Assembly: GCA_031405455.1 (NCBI GenBank)
Contig: JANNIY010000130.1
Span: forward strand, 974-64,973
DNA from: Deltaproteobacteria bacterium
GTDB lineage: Bacteria > Myxococcota_A > UBA9160 > SMWR01
Direction: 5' to 3'
Length of the DNA stretch: 64,000 nucleotides
The position numbers were made by a program, and so were the translations under genes. Within the stretch, counting starts at the first letter, position 1. The number at the start of each line of letters is the position of its first letter. Below the pieces are notes generated by a model. That model saw only the letters and a list, made by a program, of their open reading frames with translations, had not been told where the DNA came from and searched no databases. Below, piece by piece: positions 6,661 through 15,253 of this stretch.

Positions 6661-7272
6661 CCCGCGGCCGCGCTGCTCCTCGGCCTCTGGCTGGCCGGCT
6701 GCGCAGCCACTGCGCCCGCGCCGCCAGTCGCTTCTGCGCCCGGCGCACTCGACGGCTCGACCCCGCTGACGAGCGACGTAGCGTGCCCGCGCATCCAGTA
6801 CATCCTGATCCGCAAGCGCGAGCACCAGCTCGTGGCACGTTGCGAATCGGGGACGATGATCGTGATGACCGTCGCCATCGGCCGCGATCCCATCGGGACG
6901 AAGCAGGCGCACGGCGATCAACGCACGCCCGAGGGCAATTACCGGGTTTCCGGGTCGGCTCGTCACAGTCGTTTCCACCGCCTGATCCCCATCGACTATC
7001 CGTCGCGGCGCGACGCCGACGCGGCGCTCGCACGCGGCACGCTCACCGTGAGCGAGCATGCACGCATCGTCGCTGCGCACGCGCAAACTCGCACACCGCC
7101 GCAGGATACCGCGCTCGGCGGGCACCTTGGGCTGCATGGCGAGGGTCGGGAGTGGCGCGGCGAATCAGCGGGACTCGACTGGACGTACGGCTGCGTAGCG
7201 GTGCGCGACCATGAGATCGAATTCCTCGCACGGCGGGTGAGCCGCGGAACGTCCGTCTGGATCCTGCCGTAG
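6652..7272 (+). CDS. YafK-like L,D-transpeptidase-fold lipoprotein
   Basis: Lipobox LWLAGC. Motifs IQYILIRKREHQLVARCESG, GDQRTPEGNYRV, IPIDYPSRRD and HGEG...TYGCVAV parallel E. coli YafK (DpaA)-type proteins. The start codon is unresolved: in-frame CTG at 6652 or ATG at 6481. Confidence 0.7.
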   Translation: MPAPAAALLLGLWLAGCAATAPAPPVASAPGALDGSTPLTSDVACPRIQYILIRKREHQLVARCESGTMIVMTVAIGRDPIGTKQAHGDQRTPEGNYRVSGSARHSRFHRLIPIDYPSRRDADAALARGTLTVSEHARIVAAHAQTRTPPQDTALGGHLGLHGEGREWRGESAGLDWTYGCVAVRDHEIEFLARRVSRGTSVWILP

Positions 7273-7314
7273 CCGAAAACCAGGCGGGTGTTCACGCGCG
7301 CGCCAGGCGAAAGC

Positions 7315-8580
7315 TCAACCGGCGGAGGGGCCAGGCGAGTCGGCCCCGGGAAAGGCGACACGAAATTCGGTGCTCTCGCCGGGGGTGCTCGTCGCAGCGA
7401 TCGTCCCGCCGTGATCGGTCACGATGCCTTGGGCCACCATCAACCCCAGACCGTTGCCCTCGCCAGCCGGCTTCGTGGTGAAAAAAGGCTCGAAGATGCG
7501 CGGCAGATCTTGCTCGGCGATACCGGCGCCGGTGTCGGCGACACACAGCTCGATGCGACCCTCGGAGCCCGGGTGCAGCGATACGTGCAGGGTGCCGCCA
7601 TTCGGCATCGCGTCGGCGGCGTTGAGGAACAGATTCAAGAAGAGCTGTTGTAGCCGCTCGGGATCCGCGATCAGGCTCGGCGTCGGTTCGAACGCGCGCT
7701 CGACCTCGATACCGCGCCGCTTGAGCTTCTCCGACACGAAGGACAACGTGGTCTCGAGCAGCGGCTCGAGCGCAATCGGCACCCGCCGCCGGCGCCCCGG
7801 CCGCGCCATGTTGAGCAGCGTCTGGATGATCTTCGAGATGCGGGCGATCTGCTCCTGGATCGTCCGCAGCCGCCAGCGCGCCTGCTCGCCCGTCACCTCG
7901 GGCTCGAGCAGCTTCGCGTGCCCCTGGATCACGCCCATGGGCGTGCCGATTTCGTGGGCGAGCCCGGCGACCAGCGTGGCGATCGAAGCCAGCTCTTCCG
8001 CGGCCTTCGCCCGCGAGGCGGTCTGACGCAGCTCGGAGCCCTGCTCCTCGAAATCGCGCGCGAGGCGACGACTCTGCGCCTCGAGTTCGTGGGTGAGATA
8101 CTCGAGCCCGCTGTCGTGATCCTCGATGTACGCCTCGAGCGCGATCTGGGCGTCGAGCATCAGGAGTTTCTGGAGCGCGACCACCGTGCGCATCGCTCGC
8201 TCCGGGTCGGCCGCGTAGGTATCGAAGATCAGGGGTGTGAGCAGGGAGAGGTAGCCGGCGTAGGCGCCGAGGTACCAACGCGGCTCGAGACCGATCTTCT
8301 GGTGCACCTCGCCGATGCGCCGGCGCTGGGCGACAAAATCCTCGTCGAAGGTCGGGTTCGCGAGGCTGAGCAGATACTCGCGCTGCTTGATGAGGAGGCG
8401 TTCCTTCACTCCCGGCTCGCGGAGCAGCTCGCGGGTCGGGCCAAAGGAGAGCAGATTGCGATAGAAGGCCGCCACGAAACTCGCGGCGTTGCGCTCGAGG
8501 GCAGGCCCGAGCGCAGCGAGCAACTCCACGTCCGCCGCTGTCATTCCCAGGTAGCTGAGCTGCTGCTGAAGCTTGTTCAC
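7315..8580 (-). CDS. Globin-coupled sensor histidine kinase
   Basis: The N-terminal protoglobin/GCS-like domain reads FVAAFYRNLLSF...RRRIGEVHQKIGLEPRWYLGAYAGYL, with a candidate proximal His. The H-box is LAHEIGTPMG, the N-box NLFLNAADAM and the G-boxes DTGAGI / GNGLGLMVA. Start is a GTG at 8580 or an ATG at 8544/8676. Confidence 0.85.
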   Translation of the reverse strand: MNKLQQQLSYLGMTAADVELLAALGPALERNAASFVAAFYRNLLSFGPTRELLREPGVKERLLIKQREYLLSLANPTFDEDFVAQRRRIGEVHQKIGLEPRWYLGAYAGYLSLLTPLIFDTYAADPERAMRTVVALQKLLMLDAQIALEAYIEDHDSGLEYLTHELEAQSRRLARDFEEQGSELRQTASRAKAAEELASIATLVAGLAHEIGTPMGVIQGHAKLLEPEVTGEQARWRLRTIQEQIARISKIIQTLLNMARPGRRRRVPIALEPLLETTLSFVSEKLKRRGIEVERAFEPTPSLIADPERLQQLFLNLFLNAADAMPNGGTLHVSLHPGSEGRIELCVADTGAGIAEQDLPRIFEPFFTTKPAGEGNGLGLMVAQGIVTDHGGTIAATSTPGESTEFRVAFPGADSPGPSAG

Positions 8581-8726
8581 TCCCCACAGGGTCGGCGTCA
8601 CAGCCGGCAGAGTCAATGGCGGCCGCCCCCCCTCGCCCCACTCCCCCCGCCTGCTCGCAGGGGCGCTTCGACTCACCAGAGCCGCCCGCAGCGACGCAAC
8701 GCGGCGCCTGGCGGGTCGCGACCGCT

Positions 8727-8742
8727 TGGCACATCGAATGCA
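8727..8742 (+). promoter_or_regulatory. Sigma-54 type -24/-12 match (site D)
   Basis: TGGCACATCGAATGCA. The -12 C is 16 nt upstream of the ATG at 8757. Confidence 0.5.
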
Positions 8743-8756
8743 CCGGGAGTCGGCTC

Positions 8757-9230
8757 ATGCAGCGGGTCCCTACGCCGGAACGCACCCCCACCGCAATTCG
8801 CGAGCCGCGAAGCCCGCGCGTGCGCGACGTCATGCGGCGCGACTTCATCACGATTTCGCAGCAGGAGAGCGTGCTCGAGGCCCTGGAGCTGATGCGGCTC
8901 GCGCGCCTGCGTCATCTGACGATCGCCGATCAAGGCGTGCTGATCGGAATCCTCAGCTACCGAGACCTTCAAGACGAGCTGCTCGCACAGATCGACCCGG
9001 CGGCGGGGTTCCAGGGCGAGCCCGCGGTCCAACATTCCGCGGCCGTCGAGCACGTCTCGGGCTCTCCCTACTCGATCAGCCCGGATGCGACGCTTGCCGA
9101 AGCGGCGGCCCGGCTCGAGCGACTCCGCGTCGGCTGTCTGCCGGTCGTCGAACCGGGGGAACAGGGTCTGCGGGTCGTGGGCCTGCTCACGGAGATGGAT
9201 CTGCTGCGCGCCGCCTTTCAGACGCCCTGA
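8757..9230 (+). CDS. CBS domain pair protein
   Basis: Two CBS repeats: VRDVMRRDFITISQQESVLEALELM...LIGILSYRDL and VSGSPYSISPDATLAEAAARLERLRVGCLPVV...VVGLLTEMDLL. Confidence 0.85.
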   Translation: MQRVPTPERTPTAIREPRSPRVRDVMRRDFITISQQESVLEALELMRLARLRHLTIADQGVLIGILSYRDLQDELLAQIDPAAGFQGEPAVQHSAAVEHVSGSPYSISPDATLAEAAARLERLRVGCLPVVEPGEQGLRVVGLLTEMDLLRAAFQTP

Positions 9231-9268
9231 GGCGAAGCCCGCAGGAACGCGGTACCCCCTCCGCGATC

Positions 9269-10705
9269 ATGGAATCGCTCGCCGCACAGTTCGTCGCAGG
9301 ACTCGCTCGCGGGGCGGCGGACCCCGCACTCCTGCGGAGCGCCGGCGAGCCCGAGCCCGAGGCCGCCGCGGCGGCGTTTCAACGCGCGGCGCGCGACCGC
9401 GACCTCGCGAATTCGCACGCGCAGTGGGCGCCCGTGCTCTTGCGCACCGCGCGCCCCGGTTTCGGCGCGCAGTGCCTCGAGGAGATCGCGCAACGCGCGC
9501 GCGAGCGAACCGGGGGGCGCCTCGACATTGCAGGCTGCCCGGCGCTGCCCCACGTGCTCGGCTCGAGCAGCTTTCTCGCGCGTTTGCTGCTGCGCCATCC
9601 GGAGTGGATCCGCGAGATTGCAGGCGCACTCCCCGACGCGCCTCCCCCTCGCGCAATCGATCCGGATTGGGACGCGATCCGCGCGGCGAAGTACACCGGG
9701 CTGTTGCGCATCGCCGCGCGCGATCTGCTCGCGCGTCCCTTCGCGAACAGCCTGCGCGAACTCTCGGACCTCGCCGATCGCTGTCTCGCCGCGGCGCTCG
9801 CGTGCGCCGCGCGGGAGACCGAGGTCGAGGCGCCGGCCCTGCTCGCGCTCGGAAAGCTCGGAGGCCACGAGCTCAACTTTTCCTCCGACGTCGATCTGCT
9901 CTTCGTCTACGAACCCCCGCCGACGGTCGACCCGCTCGAACACAATCACGCCGTCGCGCGCCTGATTCGACGTCTGAAGACGGCGCTCGAGGTGCGCAGC
10001 GAAGACGGCTTCGGCTATCGCGTCGATCTGGGGCTGCGCCCCGAAGCCGACACCGGTGTGCTCGCAAATCCGGTCGACGTCGCGATCGGATACTACGAGG
10101 GCTTTGGCGCGGAATGGGAACGTCAAATGCTGATCCGCTTGCGCCACGTCGCCGGACCGGCCGACGTGGGCGAAGGTTTTGCGCGGGAGATCGCGCCATT
10201 CGTATACCGGCGGCTGATCGACCCCGGGGTCATGCGCTCTGTGCGCGACATGAAGGCGCGCATCGAGGACGAGCGTCGCAGCGCGGGGCGGGACCTCGAA
10301 TTCGACCTGAAGGAGGGGCCCGGCGGGATCCGCGATGTCGAGTTCCTCGTGCAGTCGCTCCAGCTCTTCTTCGGCGGCCGCGATCTCGCGCTGCGCACGG
10401 GCAACGTGCTCGCAGCGCTGGCGGCCCTCGCGCAGCTCGGACACCTGCCGGAAGCGACCGCGGCTGCGCTGGTTTCGGCCTACACCTGGTTGCGACGCGC
10501 CGAGCATGCGCTGCAGCTCGCGGAGGAGCATCAGACGGCCCGCTTCCCGAGCGACCGCGCCGGCCAGATCGCGCTGGCGCGGCGCATGGGTTACCCGGAG
10601 GCGGAAGCCGAGGCGGCGCGGACCGGACTGCTCGAAGACCGGATGGCCGCGCGCAGCGAGGTGCGCGCGCACTTCGAGGCGCTGGTGCTGCGGGAAGGCG
10701 AGTGA
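9269..10705 (+). CDS. glnE: Glutamine synthetase adenylyltransferase, N-terminal (adenylyl-removing) half
   Basis: GlnE-type nucleotidyltransferase motif GKLGGHELNFSSDVDLLFVY plus GlnE-family helical regions. It ends in TGA at 10703-10705, at the position of the inter-domain linker of full-length GlnE. Confidence 0.85.
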   Translation: MESLAAQFVAGLARGAADPALLRSAGEPEPEAAAAAFQRAARDRDLANSHAQWAPVLLRTARPGFGAQCLEEIAQRARERTGGRLDIAGCPALPHVLGSSSFLARLLLRHPEWIREIAGALPDAPPPRAIDPDWDAIRAAKYTGLLRIAARDLLARPFANSLRELSDLADRCLAAALACAARETEVEAPALLALGKLGGHELNFSSDVDLLFVYEPPPTVDPLEHNHAVARLIRRLKTALEVRSEDGFGYRVDLGLRPEADTGVLANPVDVAIGYYEGFGAEWERQMLIRLRHVAGPADVGEGFAREIAPFVYRRLIDPGVMRSVRDMKARIEDERRSAGRDLEFDLKEGPGGIRDVEFLVQSLQLFFGGRDLALRTGNVLAALAALAQLGHLPEATAAALVSAYTWLRRAEHALQLAEEHQTARFPSDRAGQIALARRMGYPEAEAEAARTGLLEDRMAARSEVRAHFEALVLREGE

Positions 10706-12018
10706 CGGAGACCCTCGCGCAGCGGCTGCGCGGAGCGCTCGCGGGCTCGCCCCTCGCCGAGCGCCTCGCGACGGCAGCGGCGCCGTTGCTCGAGCGCCGT
10801 TCGGAAGACGCCGCCGTGCGACGTCTCGCAGGCCCTGCCCTCACCGGCCTCGCGCGCGGCGTCGCGACACAACCCGAATTCGCCGGCTTCCTATCGCATC
10901 GTCCGGAGCTGCTCGAGCGCATCGCGCAGGCGAACGCGGAAACGCTCGGCCGCCGCGCCAGCGAACTCGCTGCGAGCGCGCAGGCGGAAACGTCCGGCGA
11001 TCTCGAGAGCGAGCTCGATGCGCTGCGCCTGCTGCGTCGCGAGGAGACCGCGATCGCAGTCTGCTGCGATTTTGGCGGATTGGCGGCGTTCGAGCAGGTG
11101 TCGGCCTTTCTCTCGATCCTCGCCGAAACGATCACGGCGCGCGCCCTGCGGCTCGCGCGACGCGGCCCCGGCTTGTCGCGGCAGACCTTTGCGGCGATCG
11201 GAATGGGCAAGATCGCCGGGCGCGAGTTCACCCATCACTCGGATCTCGACTTGATTTTTCTCTACCAGGGGGGACCCGATGAAGTCGCGCTGGCTTCCAA
11301 GATCGGACAACGCCTGATCGCCTACCTCACGACGATGACGGGCGCCGGCATCGCCTACGCCGTCGACACGCGCTTGCGTCCCTCGGGCCAGAAGGGAATG
11401 CTCGTCACCTCGTTCGAGGGCTTCACGCGCTACCAGCGCGAGACCGCAGAAACCTGGGAGCATCTGGCACTGCTGCGCTCGCGCCCGATCGCAGGGGAGC
11501 TGACGATCGCGAACGAGGTCCTGGACGACGTGCGCCACTTCATCCTGCGCGGCGGGCAGAAGCCGTGGCCCTACCTCGCCGATCTGCGCGCGCGCGTCGA
11601 GCGCGAGCGTGCGAAGGAGGATGCCACGCAGCTCGCCTTCAAGACGGGTGCTGGCGGCCTGATGGACGTCGATTTTCTTGCCGGCGGCGGGCTGCTCGAA
11701 CGGGGCACCCGGAACTTTCCGGCGTTCCCGAGCGTCGCCGCGATGCTCGCCTGCACGCTCCCGGCGGCAGCAACGCAGAGATTGCTCGCCGACTACGGCT
11801 GGCTGCGCCGCAGCGAGGCGCGTGCGCGCTGGGTCGCGGGCCGGGCCGTCGAGGAGATCCCGGCGGGGGGCGAGTCGTTGGTCGCGATTGCGGAACTCAG
11901 CGAACCCGGCCTTGCCCCCGCGGCGCTGCTCGACCAGATCCGCGCCGTGCGCCGTCGGATCCGCGCCGCCTATCAGGCGGTCGTCGACGCCGAAACGATC
12001 ACCGCGTTCCCGGGTTGA
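10702..12018 (+). CDS. glnE: Glutamine synthetase adenylyltransferase, C-terminal (adenylyltransferase) half
   Basis: The GTG at 10702 overlaps the upstream stop (GTGA). A second NTase motif, GMGKIAGREFTHHSDLDLIFLY, and RLRPSGQKG are present. Confidence 0.8.
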   Translation: MTETLAQRLRGALAGSPLAERLATAAAPLLERRSEDAAVRRLAGPALTGLARGVATQPEFAGFLSHRPELLERIAQANAETLGRRASELAASAQAETSGDLESELDALRLLRREETAIAVCCDFGGLAAFEQVSAFLSILAETITARALRLARRGPGLSRQTFAAIGMGKIAGREFTHHSDLDLIFLYQGGPDEVALASKIGQRLIAYLTTMTGAGIAYAVDTRLRPSGQKGMLVTSFEGFTRYQRETAETWEHLALLRSRPIAGELTIANEVLDDVRHFILRGGQKPWPYLADLRARVERERAKEDATQLAFKTGAGGLMDVDFLAGGGLLERGTRNFPAFPSVAAMLACTLPAAATQRLLADYGWLRRSEARARWVAGRAVEEIPAGGESLVAIAELSEPGLAPAALLDQIRAVRRRIRAAYQAVVDAETITAFPG

Positions 12019-12068
12019 GCGACCGCGCGCCCGCTTCGGGTACCCTGAAACCCGACCCGGAGGAAAGC

Positions 12069-13253
12069 ATGACCGCGCGGCTCGCCTATCCCGCCTTCGA
12101 CTGCGACAACCACTACTACGAAGCGCTCGACGCCTTCACCCGCCACATGGACCCGCGGCTCGCGAAGCGCGCCGTCCAGTGGGCGGTGATCGACGGCCGC
12201 AAGCGGCTGTTGGTGGCAGAGCGCATCAATCGCTTCATCCCCAATCCCACCTTCGACCCCGTCGCAAAAGCCGGCTGCCTCGATCGCTTCTTTCGCGGCG
12301 ACAACCCCGAGGGTCTCGACATCCGCGCCGCCTTCGGCGAGCTCGAGCCGATCCGCCCGGCCTATCGCGACCGCGAGGCGCGGCTGGCGCTGATGGACGA
12401 GCAGGGGATCGAAGGCTGCCTCCTGTTTCCGACGCTCGGCGTCGGCATCGAGCACCCGTTGCGCCACGACGCCGAGTTGACGCACGCCACGCTGCACGCC
12501 TTCAACCAGTGGCTGGACGAAGATTGGGGCTTCGCCTGGCGCGAACGCATCTTCGCCGCGCCCATGCTCTCGCTGATGGACGTACAGCGGGCCGTGACGG
12601 AGCTCGAGTGGGTGCTCGCACGCGACGCGCGCGTGGTGCTACTGCGCGCGGCGCCGGTGCCCGGCGCCAGACGTCGCTCGCTCGGCGATCGCGCGTTCGA
12701 TCCCTTCTGGGCGCGCGTGAATGAAGCCGGCATCACGGTCGCCTTTCACGCCGGCGAGAGCGGCTATGGCGAGTACGCATCGCATTGGGGAGAGCCCGAG
12801 AACCTGGAAGCCTTCGGCGGCGGGCCGTTCCGGAGCGTCACGCAGACCGACCGCTCGATCTACGACGCGCTCGCGGCGCTGATCATCCACGGCGTCTTCC
12901 AGCGCTTCCCCAACGTGCGTGTCTGCAGCATCGAAAACGGCTCGGAATGGGTGCACAGCCTGCTCTCGAAGCTGAAGAAAGCCGAGCGCATGAATGTGCA
13001 CGCCTTCCTCCAGCCGCCGATCGAGACTTTTTGTCGCCACATCTCGGTGGCGCCCTACTATGAAGAAGACGTGCGTGCGCTCGCCGACACGATCGGCATC
13101 GACAAAGTCCTGCTCGGCTCGGACTTCCCACATGCCGAGGGCCTCGCCGACCCGCTCTCGTTTCTCGACGAGCTGAAGGCTTTCACGCCCGACGATGTCC
13201 GCCTCGTGATGCGCGAAAACGGCAAACGCCTGGTGACACACCAAAGGCCGTAG
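12069..13253 (+). CDS. Amidohydrolase-2 family metal-dependent hydrolase
   Basis: SD GGAGGAAAG precedes the ATG at 12069. DCDNHYY at the N-terminus and GSDFPHAEG near the C-terminus are typical of the TIM-barrel amidohydrolase_2 family. Confidence 0.75.
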   Translation: MTARLAYPAFDCDNHYYEALDAFTRHMDPRLAKRAVQWAVIDGRKRLLVAERINRFIPNPTFDPVAKAGCLDRFFRGDNPEGLDIRAAFGELEPIRPAYRDREARLALMDEQGIEGCLLFPTLGVGIEHPLRHDAELTHATLHAFNQWLDEDWGFAWRERIFAAPMLSLMDVQRAVTELEWVLARDARVVLLRAAPVPGARRRSLGDRAFDPFWARVNEAGITVAFHAGESGYGEYASHWGEPENLEAFGGGPFRSVTQTDRSIYDALAALIIHGVFQRFPNVRVCSIENGSEWVHSLLSKLKKAERMNVHAFLQPPIETFCRHISVAPYYEEDVRALADTIGIDKVLLGSDFPHAEGLADPLSFLDELKAFTPDDVRLVMRENGKRLVTHQRP

Positions 13254-13318
13254 TCGATTTCGCTCTCTTGTCTGCGCCGCGTGTATTCGCGTAATCGACG
13301 ATCGCCTTCGGCATGCCA

Positions 13319-13759
13319 TCACGCCGGGCCGGGGCGCTTTCCCTGCCCTGCTCGGCGCAGCGCGCCCATCACGTCCTCCCGCGCGATGATGCCCACGACG
13401 CGGCCTGCGTCCACCACCGGCAAGCTCTTGCTCCGCGTGTCCACCAGTTTCTGGAGCACCCGCGTGAGCGGCGTGCGCGGGCAAACGCTGAGCAGATCGC
13501 GCGACATCACCTCCGACACCGGCCGCTCGAAAACACGCTCGAACGCCGGCAGGATCACGTCCTCGGAGAAGGCAAACGCCTCGAGCAGATCGAGCGAGGT
13601 CACGAAGCCCACCGGTCGCTCCGCGGCATCGACCACCGGCAGCCCGTTCCAGCCGTGCTTCTCGAGCAGTGCCTCGGCCTCGGCGAGCGTCGTCTCCTCG
13701 CGAACGCAAACCGGGCGCGACATCACATCCTGGACCTGGTAGTCGAGAAATTCGTACAT
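13319..13759 (-). CDS. CBS domain pair protein
   Basis: 146 aa with two CBS repeats: VQDVMSRPVCVREETTLAEAEALL...GFVTSLDLL and VSEVMSRDLLSVCPRTPL...VVGIIAREDVM. Confidence 0.9.
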   Translation of the reverse strand: MYEFLDYQVQDVMSRPVCVREETTLAEAEALLEKHGWNGLPVVDAAERPVGFVTSLDLLEAFAFSEDVILPAFERVFERPVSEVMSRDLLSVCPRTPLTRVLQKLVDTRSKSLPVVDAGRVVGIIAREDVMGALRRAGQGKRPGPA

Positions 13760-13819
13760 GGCTCCGCCTCCCTCACGCGGCCGTCGCCGGCCCCAGTTTC
13801 CAAATCCGGATCTCGAACC

Positions 13820-15241
13820 TCAGGTCGCCCGGGCGACTCGCTCGATGCACACCCGCTCGCCGTGGCGTGCGACCACGGCCTCGAGCTGCAAGCGTTCGCT
13901 GAGTGTCACCCGCAACGCCTCGGCGGCCTGCGGCTCGGCGTGCACCACGAACGTCAGCCCCGGCCGTCCTTCGGCGCTGCCAACCCAGGCGACGATTTCC
14001 GGCTGGTCCGCGTGCACCGAGAACGCGCTCGCGTCGAACACTTCGGCGCGCACCGGAACGTAGCGTCCGAGCATCTTCAGGAACGGACGCCCCTCGAGCA
14101 GCTGCCGACCACGCGTCTCGGAGGGCTGGAAGCCGGTGAGGATCACGCTGTTACGGGGATCGGGGAGGCGCGCGGCGAGGTGGTGGAGCACGCGGCCACC
14201 CGTCGCCATCCCGGAAGCCGAGACGATGATGGCCGGACCCCGCTCCTGGTGAATCGCCTTCGAACTCGCGACATCGCGCGCTTCGCGCAGGTCGCCCGGT
14301 TCGAAGGGATCGTCGACGTCGTGCAGCTCGCTGCGAATCTCCGGATCGCCGCTCGCGATCGCTGCGCGATAGACCGCGAGCGCGGCGAGGGCCATCGGGC
14401 TGTCTACGTAGACGGGCACGCGCGGCACCGCCCCCGCTCGCATCAGGCGCCGCAGATGGAAGAGCACGACTTCGGTGCGATCGACGGCAAAGGCCGGAAT
14501 CACGGCGACCCCACCCCGTTCGGCCGTGCGCACCAGCGCCTGAGCGAAGCGCGCGAGCCCCGCCTCGTCGTCATGCGTGCGGTCTCCGTAGGTGGCTTCG
14601 ACGAGCAGCACGTCGCACGCCGGCGGCGGCGCGGGCGGCACGAGCAGCGGGTGCGCCGTCCGTCCGAGATCCCCGCTCACGACGAGCTTGCGCGGCTCGG
14701 GCCCCGCGATTTCGAGCACGATGCTCGCCGAACCCAGGATGTGCCCTGCCGTCCGGAAGCTCGCGCGAACGTCAGGCGCCACTTCGATGGGCGTGTCGTA
14801 GGCGACACCCCGGAAATTCTCGAGGATCGCGTCGGCGTCTTTTTCGGTAAAGAGAGACAGAGCGGGATCGTGCTTGGAGTAGCCCTTGCGGTTCGCGTAC
14901 GCCGCGTCTTCTTCTTGAAGCCGCCCGCTATCGGGCAGCACGATGCGGCAGAGCTCGAGCGTCCGCTGCGTCGCGAATACCGTGCCGCGAAATCCAGCGC
15001 GTCCCAGCGCTGGCAGATAACCCGAATGATCGACGTGGGCGTGCGTCAACACTACGGCATCGATCGTCTCGGGCGGCACCGGAAACGGCTCCCAGTTGCG
15101 CAGCCGCAGAGCCTTTTCGCCCTGGAATAGCCCACAGTCGACGAGCACGCGCGCACGGCCCGTCTCGACGAGAAACCGGCTGCCGGTCACGGTGCCCGCA
15201 GCGCCGAGAAACTGGATCACGGGTACGGACGGAGTCGACAT
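13820..15241 (-). CDS. MBL-fold beta-CASP family hydrolase (RNA-metabolising type)
   Basis: LGAAGTVTGS, the HAHVDHSG (HxHxDH) motif, and beta-CASP-style C-terminal motifs ending in FVVHAEP. Confidence 0.85.
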   Translation of the reverse strand: MSTPSVPVIQFLGAAGTVTGSRFLVETGRARVLVDCGLFQGEKALRLRNWEPFPVPPETIDAVVLTHAHVDHSGYLPALGRAGFRGTVFATQRTLELCRIVLPDSGRLQEEDAAYANRKGYSKHDPALSLFTEKDADAILENFRGVAYDTPIEVAPDVRASFRTAGHILGSASIVLEIAGPEPRKLVVSGDLGRTAHPLLVPPAPPPACDVLLVEATYGDRTHDDEAGLARFAQALVRTAERGGVAVIPAFAVDRTEVVLFHLRRLMRAGAVPRVPVYVDSPMALAALAVYRAAIASGDPEIRSELHDVDDPFEPGDLREARDVASSKAIHQERGPAIIVSASGMATGGRVLHHLAARLPDPRNSVILTGFQPSETRGRQLLEGRPFLKMLGRYVPVRAEVFDASAFSVHADQPEIVAWVGSAEGRPGLTFVVHAEPQAAEALRVTLSERLQLEAVVARHGERVCIERVARAT

Positions 15242-15253
15242 CGCGAATCGACC

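Noticed and set aside
6832-6845. TGGCACGTTGCG in the YafK-like gene, which resembles -24 and -12 elements.
   Set aside because: The two elements are adjacent instead of 10 nt apart, and the site is intragenic.
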